Positions 38,881 to 51,500 of a DNA stretch of 64,000 bases are shown one piece after another (position 1 is the stretch's first letter; each line of letters begins with the position of its first letter). Position numbers and translations under genes: made by a program. This DNA comes from Geosiphon pyriformis uo1 (lineage: Eukaryota > Fungi > Glomeromycota): assembly GCA_016748015.1 (NCBI GenBank), contig JAAOMT010000703.1:310001-374000 (forward strand), in the 5' to 3' direction. The notes below the pieces were generated by a model that had not been told where the DNA came from, did no database searches, and saw only the letters and a program-made list of their open reading frames with translations.

Positions 38881-40619
38881 TTTATTATTAATATCAATAG
38901 CAGTTACTATAGAAGACTAAAGTAGTTTTTTAGTTAGATTGGCCAAAAATTATAAAAAAAATTAACAATTTTTTTCATTAAAACATTTTTTCAATTGACT
39001 TGTAATTTTTCTGAATATTTTGTCTTTTCTTATAATATTCTTCTATTGTAACATATACTGTCTAGTAGAAAGCCTTTAAATAATACCATAAAAGTTTGGT
39101 AATATCCATAATTTTATAAAAAAATGATTTATATACATATTTTGAAACTATATATTTAGCTGTTTTTTTTTGTTTACTTAAACTTATCAAAATAGTTCTA
39201 TACTTTATTCTAAAAACTATGTTTACTAAATATATTAATATTTGAACTATTTGGGTTATTAAATTTTATTATTTAGAATTTTAAATTTTTAATAACATTG
39301 GATAATGTCAACAATGAATTTATTTTGGTAAATTGAAACATAAAGTTATTATATATATATAGTTTTATATATATTTTTAATTAATTATAATAATTAAACT
39401 AAATAATAATTAATAAACAAATAGTACAAGTTATATCTTTTTTTAATTTTATTAAACTTGAACAAGTTTGTAAACTTTAAACCAGACTTAAACCAAACTC
39501 AAACTTGTCAAAAAAGTTTAATACAAAACTTGAACTGAATCTATTTTGAAAAATTAGTTTGGTTTAAATTTGGTTCATAATTTGAACCGAACTTAAATAA
39601 CATCCAAAGTTTATTTCAGTTTAGTTCAATCAGAACTCTAATTAACAATATTTAAAAAAAAAAACCAAAAACCTCCAATAATATTTGGTGCTCTTTTACA
39701 GATTAACACAGCAAAAATTAAATCAAAGTGGTAATCACATTAGACATAATAACTTTAAAATACTATTAGTTAATTTATACATACTACAAACAATGATTTG
39801 AAATCTAAAACAAAATTACAGCTTTTAAGAAAACACTTTTTTAATACATTGAAAACTAAATTAACAATTATCTCTTTAGAAATTACAATATTACAGAAGT
39901 TAAGCAAAATCTTCTTAAAAATTTCATATACTACTTAAATAAAAACCCAAAAAACATTAGTGCTAATAATTGTACTACTTACTTTAAAAAACTTAATTAC
40001 AATATTATCAAGTTTTGTAAAAAAAAATACTTTACTAATTCACAATTTATTTTTAAACTTAGGTCTGAATTCAAAACAAACAAAAAAAGCAATCAAAATA
40101 ATATGCAACCAATTTATATAATACTTAACATACCAAAAACAACTTTTCAATATTTGCAAACACCAAAACAAAGAATTAGTTCCAAACTACCATTTTCAAT
40201 TATACTCTTTCCAGTTTTTTTTACATAAGCTTAAATATTAAATTCACTACTTAACTGTTTTTAAGACCAAAAGACTTTATATTACCAAAAAGCTCAATAC
40301 AACAGTCTAAACAAATTTTTATTGGCACAAATTTTCTCAATTTTTTAGCAAAAAACCAGAATAATTATTTTGATAATAATAACATTTCTGAATTTACAGA
40401 AAAAAAACTACTAAAAATGAAAATACAGAAGAAATAACAACCATTTATATTATAAAAATTACTAAATTTACCAAAAAAAATACTAATACTAGCTCTTAAA
40501 AATGGCTTAATAAAATTTCAAAAGCAGAAGATGCAAATATTTGAAACATAATAAAAATATTAAAAGCAATTTCTTATTTTTTTTAAAGAACTGTAAAAGA
40601 ATAGTTTAAAAACTTAAAT

Positions 40620-42898
40620 AAAATAAAAGTTTTACTTTTTGTCTCCTTAATTTTATAATCACAACCAGAACAAAGAGTAAAAAAGCTGCACCTGATATCT
40701 GTCCTGAGATATCTAATAAAATTTCAACCAAAGAAGCTCTCTCTGTTGTAGAAGCAACTAGACAAAACGTTTTAGAAGTCTTTCTTTTACTCAGTAATTG
40801 TAATAAGCTGTTTTTGGTAGCCACTGAAGCAACTTCCTTATCTTTGACTGGTTTTTTACCAGTCAAAGTTCCCTCAAAGAGACATACTTAGATTAGTCCC
40901 AGTGTTGCCTTTATCTCAACTAAGGGCCCAAAAGTGTTTAATAATAGACCAGTTAACAAGCTGGTCTTCTTTTTCATAACTTCTATATCTGGTGCTGCTA
41001 ACATCTTTTCTTCAAAAAAAATAGTCAAAAAGACCAAAAGTTCAGAAAAGTGAGAGCAGTTGCTTGTCTCTGCTATTGTTACACCAAACCCTTTTGTGGT
41101 TCCCAATGAGATCTTAAATGAGATCTCCATAGCATCATCCAGCATGTTGTCCAAAATGGGCTTAGATCAACCTCTGGCTATGTTGCCAAATGTGGTGTCT
41201 TCCAGTAGATTATCGCTGGTTTTAGAAGCAAAACAATTTCTTTTTGTTGGGTCACCTGTTCTTGAAAACTGGGCTGATCAAATGGAAACTGAATTATCTC
41301 CTTTTCTAGTTTTTGGTACTACTTCTGATGGTGCTTGGAAAACTATTACTGGTCATTAAAAGTTTGCTGAGTAGGTGGCCTCCACTTTGGTGTTTGATGC
41401 TTCTTTTGGCTTATGTTAAGACTGTTTTTCAATTAATACATGATTTCTTAGATGCGAAGTCAGTATTAAAAGACAATGTGAAGCTGTTTTGTATAAAGTT
41501 TGCTTCTCAAATGTCTTTGGAAGCTGTATTTTTGGTTGAGCTTACAAGCTCTGTATATTTGGCCACTCTCAAAATTGCCAAGTCTTTGGTGGTTTCTGAG
41601 TCTGGTTCCCCTTCTGCTGCTGTTGTGTTGTATAATGTGCTCTTGGGTGTGTTTGCTGCTGACATTAAGATGACTTTTGATGTGTTTGGTAGTGTTATTT
41701 AAGTTGTGTTGAAGCTTGTTGGCATTTGGCAGTATGTGGTGGTTTATTTTGAGAAGTTGGACTCTGTTGTATCTACTTTGAATCATTGGTCAGTCTTAGT
41801 GGACAAAGATAGTGTTAGGATCTTTCCCCTTGTGAATCAACAGGAAACAATTGTGTCTTATAATAAATTTAAGGCCAAATTGGTTAATCTTCTTCCTGGT
41901 TGCACTGTTTTTATGATAAGTAATATGATTTCTCAGGTTGGTGGTCAGACATGTTTTATTCCCTGTTTTTCTAAGTCTGGTTGTTGTTCTCAGTTTGCTC
42001 TGATTACATTTGGCTTTTAAGCTGATTTGGATCTTGCTGTTATTAAAACTGGTACACTAAGAAAGTGCTGTATCTGGTAGAAAACTTCTGGTTGTCAGCA
42101 TTGTTTTTGGTGTCAAAAAATAGGCCACTTGGCCATGGACTGTAATGTTGTTCCACCTTTCTCTTCTAAGGCTCCCAAGATGTTTAAATTACATTTTATT
42201 GGTTCTTTGTTTTATGTAAAAGCATTTGTTCTCCCGTTCTTTCTGAGTTTTCTCTTTTGGTGGCTGCTGCTGTTCCTGTTGCTATTGTAAATTCTTTGGT
42301 GTTTTCTCAACTGGCATTTCTGAAATCTGATTTGGCTAAGCTTTCTGTTTTGGTTGAATCTATTGTTAAGCTTGTTGGCTCTATGGTCAAAGTTTTTGAA
42401 CAATTTGTTAATAGTGATCTGGTTTCAAGTTCTGTTCTTGGCCTCAAAGTCAACAAGGTTTTGGTTCACATGAGTATCTTTAGCAGAGCTGTTGGTAAGT
42501 TGGAGCAAGAAGTAGTCACTCTGAAAACTGAGTGTGGTTTTGAAGACGTTGATATGTCTGGCCTTCATGTAAGTTTATCATCTTTTAATGATAATATGTT
42601 TTTTAATTTGATGTCTTTTTGGGAACATAAATCTGCTATTATAAAGACTGATGTCTTTAAAACAGCTGAATAGTTGGTTGGATTGGTTAATAATAGTGCT
42701 ACATTATTTGAAATTGTTCAAAGAATGTTTTCTTTGGGTAAGTTTTCTTTTGGTGTATCAATGTAGTATAGCCTGAACTAACTTAAATAGTTGGTTACAT
42801 GTAGTAAGTGTGTGAATTATATTTAGTCCTGGGTCACTTAGTTTGGTCCTAATTTCTAGATAATGGTTGGGTTACACTCGTTAAACTCTTAATAAAAA
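40620..42898 (+). mobile_element. ORF1-only polyadenylated non-LTR retroposon (HAL1-like) inserted in P gag
   Basis: TSD AAAAACTTAAA (40608-40618, 42899-42909); AATAAA merging into poly(A) at 42891. P gag is contiguous across the insertion. No endonuclease or RT sequence. Confidence 0.85.
40655..42766 (+). pseudogene. LINE ORF1-like protein (~700 aa): Ser/Pro-rich N-terminus, RRM-like domains, CCHC knuckle, coiled-coil-like C-terminus
   Basis: CFWCQKIGHLAMDC (CX2CX4HX4C) at ~42102-42143. RRM-like segments VLYNVLLG...FGSV...QYVVVYF and AKLVNLLPG...FALITF. Stop TAG 42764-42766; presumed start ATG decayed to ATA. Confidence 0.75.
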
Positions 42899-43230
42899 AA
42901 AAACTTAAACGCATCTTTTAAAAACTGGCAAGTATTTAAAGATACTTTTTTGAAACAGTTTATTAACAACAATACTTCTATTATTTTCCAAAACCAGTTT
43001 TGTAATATTAAGCAAAAGCTTTCTGAATTTATTATAATTTATTTTAAGAAGTTTAATAAACTTTTTAAAAGAATTTGACAATTAAAAACCAACAACTACT
43101 ATTTTAATACTCAAATTTTAAATTAATTTATTGTTAGATTCAAAGATAAATTAATTAAAAAAGTTTGCTTACATGTCCCAAAAGATTTAGTTATAGCCAT
43201 TTAATATGTTAAAGCCAATAAAATAGTCAT

Positions 43231-43347
43231 TGTTACTCAATAGAAATTAACAAAAATCAAAAATAATAATATTATAATATATTAATTAATTATTAAATAA
43301 TAGTATAAATAGAACAGATTAACAAATAAAATTAGAAAATATAACAT
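43231..43347 (+). repeat. Element Q: start of a degenerate LTR inserted in P gag, interrupted by D
   Basis: TGTTACTCA begins exactly where P gag homology stops. Confidence 0.55.
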
Positions 43348-46300
43348 TGTTACTCATAGAATATAGAAAAAATACTAGCATATAAATTAGCCAATCAGAA
43401 GTAGGTACAATAAATATGGAATTCTAAAATTCCTCTCAGAGGAATTGCAAGATTCCAGGAATTTCAGGATTCTTGTACAAGGAATTGCAGGATTCCAGAA
43501 TTCCAGGATTCCTCTCAAAAAAATTGCAGGATTTCAGGAATTCCAGGATTCCTGGTGTGAAGAATTGAGAAATTCAGGAATCTCAATTATGTATATATAG
43601 CAGTAGTATTAGAAGTAGAAAAGACAGAATCCTTTAGTTAGAAATTTCTCAGTTTAGATCTAATCAAAACAACCTTTCATTCACAAAATATCAATAAATA
43701 ATTATTTACTATCTCAATCCACTCTCTATTATCAACACTTCATGTTGATAGTAGTTAATACTTAACTACACTGGAACAATAGCTCTTGATCATGACTATT
43801 GATGGGATACTAACTTGTAATTGCTTTTGTTTATTTCTTTTCTTTTATCTTCTTTTATTTTCTTTGGCATTTTTTTTGGTTGACTAATTGATTAAGAATT
43901 AAAAGTGCTGAGTTATTGATCTTAAGAATAGCCTGGTAAAAGAACCCAAAAGAAGAGTATAAGATTTATATATATTAACAGATAATTTACCAGAAGAGCA
44001 TCTCTGCCAGATTACCAGCCATCATGCTGAGAAAAAAATTCAACAGAATTGCAATTCTGGGAGGCTATGGGAAAGACAACCACTAAATTTCTGTTTATTA
44101 TACAAAAAACTCCACAACAAAGCCTTCAGATTCACAAACCCTTCAGATACCAATGCCAACAAATCAATTAAGCACCAAGTTATGGATTTGTTATTTGATT
44201 TGAGACCCCAAATAATTACCTGTAACATTTGGTGCTCGCTGTGAGATATAATCTTATAGAGAACCAGCACCAACAACAATCATCCAAAAGTGGCAGAATC
44301 AGAAATTATAGAAGCAAACCATTTAAAATTTGCCAAAGTCTTGTTTTAGCAGTACAGCCAACAATTAGGATTAAACAACAACCATTATTCAGCAGAATCC
44401 ACTTTCAATTTCTACATCAATAATAAAATCATAGACTGCTTAGGAGAAACAGTTAACATTGAATCTCCAAGAAAAAATTTCTATACAGAATTATTTCAAC
44501 ATACCAGCTTATCAAGAAATTACAGTTTTACACCAATCATTAGGGAAATCAATCAAACCATTGAAAGATACACACAACAACAATTTCTAATTACCTATGC
44601 AGACAAAAAAAAAAAAAGACTACAAACCCCAACAGTGACACCAAAGGGGATTTAACCACCTACTTGAAAGAAAACTAGAATTAAATCACCAACAAACTTA
44701 TCATACCATTATATACCTGAAAGTGCCATCAACATCCCATCAACAAGCATGTTCACATTACATACGACATCAACCTTTGAACAACTCTCATTTCAAAGTA
44801 AACAAAAGAAAGCAGAATTACTAGGAACCTATGGCAATTATTTTGAAGGATTTAAATCGTGATTGCCAATGTTATCAGAATTCCAATTACTGCCATCTTA
44901 ACCAGATTTTGGAAACACAAGTCTCTGGAAGATAATGGAATCAGAAAAAGAGGAAGAAAAACAAGCCAAAGATCAAGAATTTACTTACTAAAACACAATT
45001 TTGGAAAATCCAGAAATCAAAACTTCAAATTTTCAAACTCAACAAAATAATCCAAACTCTGAGTTAATTAATTAGGAAAACTTACCTTTTGAAATCATCA
45101 TTAATCAGCAACCAATCAATCCAATTGCCAAACAACCCCAAGAACTGCTAATACCATCTCAATTACTACCCTTTCTATTACTACAGCAACCAAATATGGA
45201 TCCAATGGCTTATGCCCCAATAGCAAAACTTGAGAAGTTTACAGGAGAAGATGACACACAAATATGGCTGAATAATATGGATTACAGCCAATGGATGGAA
45301 TGACACCAGAGTACTCCAAGCTATCCCTTATTTTTTACAAGATACTGCTGACTCATGATATCAAAGTTTGGTCACCAAACCTCAAACATTTCAAGAATTT
45401 AAAGTTGTATTCTTGGGATATTTTAGTAATAATAACAGTATTAATTGTCTGGCCAACACTTTCATTACAATTAAACAAGGAAAAACAGAAGCAGTTACCA
45501 CTTATTTAGAATGCTTTTACAGGAACTTGTGCCAGATCCAAGCAATTGACACCAATTATTTTACAGTGGTCCAGATCCTAAACCAATTTATTTGTTGTTA
45601 CAGGTGATTATTTCTGCTGTTGAATTAAATAACAAACCTGTAACTTGGTGCTCAAAAACTACTTTCGTTGATGAAGTTCTGCAAGTGTTGTATCTGAAGG
45701 TTTTGGTTGAGTTCTTTATATAATGAACAGAGATTCAGTGGTGATGGTAGTAGTTTTCCTGGAGTCGTAATTATGCCCAATTTCTTTCTCAGCTTGGCGG
45801 CCAGATTTATTCTGGTAGTCATGCCCTTCTGGTAAGCTATCTGTTAATATATATAATTCTACCCTTATTTCTGGGTCTTTTACCAGACTATCCTTGACGT
45901 CAATAACTCAGCGCTTAATCTTTTAATCAATTAGTATACAACAATAAAACAACATGAAGAAAGAAAAGAAAAGAAAGAAAATAAGCCAAGGCAATTTGCA
46001 GATTAGTATTCCGTCAATAGCCGTGATCAAGAGCTATTGTTCCAGTGTAGTTAAATATCAATTATTATCAACATGAAGTATTGATAGTGAGGAGTAGATT
46101 GAGATATAAAATAATTATTTATTTGATGATTGTGTTTCTGGGCTAAAGATTCTGTTATATTGATTCTGTCTTTTCTGTTTCTAATACTACTGCTATATAT
46201 ACATAATTGAGATTTCTCAATTTCTCAATTCTTTACAACAGGAATCCTGAAATTCTTGGAATTCTGCAATTCCTATGAGAGGAATCCTGGAATTCTGGAA

Positions 46301-46457
46301 TTCTGCAATTCCTTGTTGGGAAATCCTGAAATTCTTGGAATCCTGCAATTCCTGAGAGAAATCCTGGAATTCCATATTTACTATGCCTACTTCTGATTGG
46401 CTAATAATCATGCTAATATATTTTCTATATTTCTATGAGTAACATTATTCCTTCCTT

Positions 46458-47117
46458 TTAATATTGAGCTCTTTTGAAATTCAACTTATTTAATTCCCCC
46501 TCTTGAAGTATTTCTTGGATTTCATTTTCAAGAATTACTTGTGTTATTTGGGTCTGTAATTCTTCAAATTGAGCATTGATGATCTTTTCCAATTGATTAC
46601 TGGTAACCATATCCATTGCTTTGCTAAGCAATATTTCTGGTCTATTCTGAAATGCTGTGTGTATTTGGTATATGGCTCGAGCCTGTGTGGATAAGTTGTT
46701 TTTCCCCACAAAATGTTCTAATTGTTGTAGTATTCTTTTGTCGAATAATTGCTTTGTTTTATTTGTATATAGATTCTGGATATTTACATGTTGTCCCAAG
46801 TAAAAATAACAATAGTTTCGTGGAAATTGTTGTATTCACCAATTCCAAGTTTCTTTAGTCAACTCTTGATATAGTGACTCTTTTGTCAACTCTTTTATTG
46901 CTAATTTTACTTTTGCAATGATTTTGTCCACAGTATTTTCAGTTTTCTTCTGTGTTCTGAGTTGCAATGTCTTTTTAGTATCTTGATATCGAATAGTTTG
47001 TTGATTGATTGTAATCTCCATTTCCTGGTATTGGATTAATTGAAAAAGTTGTTGTGCTAGTGAGTGAATGTTGTCTGTAATTTACATTTTTCTGATATTT
47101 CCTATTGCGTCTACCAT
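46458..47117 (-). pseudogene. ORF3 of C
   Basis: ORF fragments 46836-47021 and 46458-46799 lie in one frame and end ...RAQY* at the PPT. Confidence 0.8.
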
Positions 47118-47141
47118 GTCTTTATATATTTTTTTAATAGA

Positions 47142-48524
47142 TCAATTTTACGTGTTGTTGTCAATAATAACAATTGGTTCCAAATCTTGTGAAATCTTAT
47201 CTGGTTGGACTAGTATTCTTTGTACTTCTAATTGTGGAATATTACTGGTAGATGGTAGTGTGATGTTGTGATATAGTTTCAGTCAATCTCCATGTACTGC
47301 TTTGATTAAAATTTTGTTATCCAATCTTAATTTGTAAGCTCCATTTCCTAGAATTTCTTCTATGTAAAATGGTCTGTCCCATTTGGAGTCAAATTTTCCA
47401 CTCCATTGTTTTTCTGCTTTGGTACAATGTAGTAATACTTTGTCTCCAATCTTGAATTCAACTGGTTTGTCTGGTAGTCGACTATTGTGTCTTTCTTTCT
47501 GTTTTTCTTGTGACTTTTGAATATTATTCACTGCTCTTTTTCGTTTGTTTTTCAATGTTTCCATTAAGTCATATGTTTTTCTCAGCAATGTTTCTTGAAA
47601 ATTTTTTTCTGTTATTGGTTCAGCTGAATATGTATTAATTTCTCTCTTTACTGGTAATGTTGCTGTTCTTCCATACACTAATTCAAATGGTGTTGCTTGT
47701 GTAATATTTTGTTTCATTGTCTGATAAGCAAATAGTACTGATGGTATGAACAAATCTCAATCATTCTGGTTTTCTTGGCTGAACTTAGCTATTGCTTCAC
47801 ATAATGTTCTGTTGAATCTTTCTACTAATCCATTGGTTTGTGGATGGTATGATGATGATAATAGTCTTTTGATTCTGAATCTTTGGCTCAATTCTGTTAA
47901 TGTTCTGTTCACAAAATGAGTTCCTTGGTCTGATAATAGTTCTTTTGGACATCCATGTCGACAAATCAAATCCTGATGAATGAATTCAGCAATGGATTCT
48001 GCATCCGCTCTTTGAATTGCTTTCGCCTCTGGCCATTTAGTGAGATAGTTCATAGCTACTGCTATGTATCTGTTTCCTCTGCTGGTAATTGTTAATGGTC
48101 TGACTAAATCAATTCCAATATGGTCAAATAGTTGTTCCACTTTGATTGGTCTTAATGGTTTACTGGGTTTCGTACCTTCTCTTTGCTGACAAGCATCACA
48201 ATTTTGAACATATTAGATAATGTCTGGATACATTGATGGTCAATAATATTTTTTTCTGGTTCTTTCCATGGTTGCTTCTTTATGAAAATGTTCTGCTGTT
48301 GGATTTGAGTGTATGTTGAATAATATTGTCTCTTTTTCTGGCTCTGTAATTACTCTGGTTGGTTGATCTGGATCTTTTTTATTTTTCCGATAAAGTATAT
48401 TTTGGTGAGTAATAAAATATTTTGATTGTTGTTTGATACTCTTTCATTCCATTTGAGATAAATTCTCCTTGAACTGTTGAGTGTTTATATAATGTTGAAG
48501 TTGTTAATATTTTTGTATGTTCAT
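47142..48524 (-). pseudogene. Integrase of C (separate ORF)
   Basis: ATG AAC ATA start; GIDLV, SDQGTHF, NGLVERFN. Confidence 0.92.
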
Positions 48525-48586
48525 CTTTTGTTATATTTTTCGTTGATATTGTTCTGGTTTTGTTATATTTTTGTGTTAAAATGTTC

Positions 48587-51500
48587 TTAGATTTGTCTTA
48601 TTCATAACAAACCGTCAGCATTTCCATTGTCTTTTCTTTTTTTGTAATGTATAGTATAATTGTATGGTGCAAGTGCCATTTTCTATCTTGACTGTCTTCT
48701 ATCTCCAAATTCTTGTTTTTGGAGTGATGTTAATCCCTTGTGATCTGTGTATACTTCAAACTTCTGGCTCAAGTATTCTTTCCATTTCATGACTGACCAG
48801 TATATTGTTAAGTGTTCTTGTTCTGGTGTTCCATAGTTCTTTTTGGCTGGTATTAAACCTTTGCTGGCATATGCTACTGGATGTTTTCTGCTGTTTGGTC
48901 TCTTTTGAGATAATACTGCTCCCAATGCTTGGCCGGATGTATTGGTAGTGATGATGAATAGTTTGTTGTGATCTGGATAGATCAATACCAGAACTTGAAT
49001 GAGCTTTCTTTTCAGAATATCAAAAGCTTCTTGTTGACTTTCTGTCCATTCATATTTTGTATTCTTAGTTTGCAGATTATTGAGCAGTTGAGCTATCTTT
49101 GAAAAATTCTTTATAAAGTATCGATAATAGCTTGCAAATCCCAAGAATGATTTTAATTCAGTCACATTGGTTGGTACTGAAAAGTTCTTTACTATCTCTA
49201 TTTTTTCTGAATCCATTTTGATTCTGTCTTTGCTGATTATGTGTCCCAAGAATTTTAGTTCTGTCTTGCCAAAGAAGCATTTTGTTGCATTTAACTTTAG
49301 TCCTGCTTTTCTTAGTCTTTTGAACACTTGTTGAAGATGATGAAGATGATTATCAAATGTTTTTGAGAATACATTGGTGTCATCCAAGTATACAACTACT
49401 GATTTCTACAATAAGCCAGTATAGAAAATTTCCATTAGCTGTTGAAAAGTGGCTGGTGCATTGGTTAAACTGAATGGTATTACTTCAAATTCGAAATTTT
49501 CTTCTCTTGTGGTGAATGCCATTTTCTTTTTGTCGGCTGGATCCATGGCCACTTGCCAGTAACCACTGTCCAAGTCTAATGTTGAGAACCATTTGTTTCT
49601 GCCAAAAGCATCGAATTGTTCTTGTATCTGTGGAGTTGGATAGCTGTCTCCACGAATTACACTATTTAGTTTTCTGTAGTCCACACAAAATTGGATCTTT
49701 CCATTCTTCTTTTGAACAAGTACTACTGGTGATAACCATGGGCTCATTGATGGCTGAATTAACTCATTGTCAAGCATTTGGTTGATCTCTTGATGGATGA
49801 TTTTATGGCTGGCTGGTGGTACTCTGTATGCTCACTGTTTGATGGGCATTGCATCTATAGTATTGATTTGATGTTGGATAATGTCAGTTCTGCCAAATTT
49901 GTTTTTGCTGGCAAAGATGTCATTGAACTGGTTGAGCAATATCTTGAGTTGCATATGTTGGAGTGGATCTAAGTTTCCCATGTTCATTTGTTCCAATTGT
50001 TCTGGTTGGAGCAAATAACATTCACTTCATTTGTATATTGTTTGTAATGTAATATTGACATATCTACAAAGTTGTGGAAAGTCTGGAATGGGGTTTGGTG
50101 GTTGATCTTCTATTTCAGTGTTTAAGTATCCAATGATGATTCTGGCTGGTATTACTATGACATTTCCTGTGTTGTTGTAGATGGGAATTTTAATGTGGCT
50201 GTAATCTTTAGCTGGTATGTGGAGATTGATGAGTTCAACTTCTCCTGATTCACAAAGACTGGCTTCTGCTTCAAAAATTTGTGCTTGGTCTTTTTTCTTC
50301 CTTTCTATTGCTAACATATACTGGTTATATGGTAGAATGGAAATAGCTTGACTGGTTGAGATAATTTCTCCTTGGCCAACAATTTTTTCCTTTGCCATAT
50401 TAACTGGTACATCTATTCTACCTGTTGATCCGAATCCCTGTATTCCTCTCGCTGTTATTTCTAATTCCTCTCTTTTTCCCACTGATACTAACTGAGCTAC
50501 TCTAACCAGAAACAGGAATATTGCCTGTGCTATCTTTTTGTTGAGCTCTATTATATAGGCCTTTTCTGAGTCATTTTGTAGCATAGCAATGATATTTCCT
50601 ACATATCCTGTGTCAATTATTCCTCCTCTTATATTAATCCCTCTTTTTGCTAAACTACTCCTAGAAGCTAATTGAATCATTGTTGTTGCCGGAATTTCTA
50701 GTGTTACTTTCAAATCAATGCAGGTGCATGGATGTGGTTCCAATTTGATGGCCTCTTTTCTTGAATACCTCAGATCAAACTCTGTATCAGTATCATGTGC
50801 ATGTTCTGGCATAATCCCTTCTCCATTGTTACTATACCATTTCAACTCTTGTTCCTTGGAGAGATCTGGTAGTACAATGTATTGTTCATAGTTTAAATTG
50901 GAGTTTGAATTTGAGTTTGAATCATCTTTGTTGTCATTGCCATTTTGAATGGAGCTGGAACCAGTGTTTTTGTTGTTGTCGTCAAAGTCTGAATTGCGAT
51001 TGATCAGTGATTCTGATTCTGATGCACAGCTGCTGATTGGTTCTTCTTCTTCAGGTATCATGTAGATTATGCATGGTGGTGGATTGTAAATGAGGTCACA
51101 ATTGTCACAATATTCAAAGTCATTGGGAATTAAACAATAGCAACACAGTCTTGTATTTAACTGTGCTAGCCATTGTTCTTGCTCTTTTCTAGTGGGTGCC
51201 AAGTTTTGGTAGTGTTCATAGAACTCTTCTGGTTTCAGAAAATTTATGACTGGCTCTGTGTTCCAGTCAAGCTCGATGGGTTCTGGTGGGTTGTTTTTAA
51301 TTGTCCTGATTTCTTTTGGTGATGCGCCTTCAATTTTGGCGATTGCCATCTGCCATAATTCATTATCATTGTGTGGACAACTGTCCAATCACTGTACAGC
51401 TCTTCTCCAGGCGGCTTCTATGGGTGTTCTTTTCTTGACCCAGTCGCTGATAAGAATTGTGTATTGGCAGGACATGTCACATGTTTCTCCTCTCCCTGGA

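Larger units (their letters stand above)
2419..39640 (-). mobile_element. hAT-superfamily DNA transposon (own sequence ~3.2 kb, expanded to 37.2 kb by nested LTR elements)
   Basis: Perfect 8-bp TSD ATTAACAA (2411-2418, 39641-39648). TIR TAGAGTTCTGAT (reverse complement of 39629-39640) versus decayed TAAAATTTTGAT (2419-2430). Subterminal AAACY(R)AAC-type repeats at 2431-2462 and ~39455-39628. Transposase motifs are present. Confidence 0.9.
1498..43230 (+). mobile_element. Element P: old O-family Gypsy; 5' LTR split by hAT (1498-2418 plus 39641-39683), PBS from 39686, gag remnants 39720-40618 and 42899-43230; remainder not seen in the window
   Basis: 1498-2418 is the reverse complement of the O LTR. 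Its missing last ~40 bp appear at 39641-39683, followed by TTTGGTGCTC. Gag remnants align to O 20700-21950. Confidence 0.8.

Noticed and set aside
1117-40618. Sequence-specific non-LTR target (both TSDs contain AAACTTAAA)
   Set aside because: The two inserts are in opposite orientations, so the sites differ on the element strand, and both have been AT-homogenised by hypermutation.
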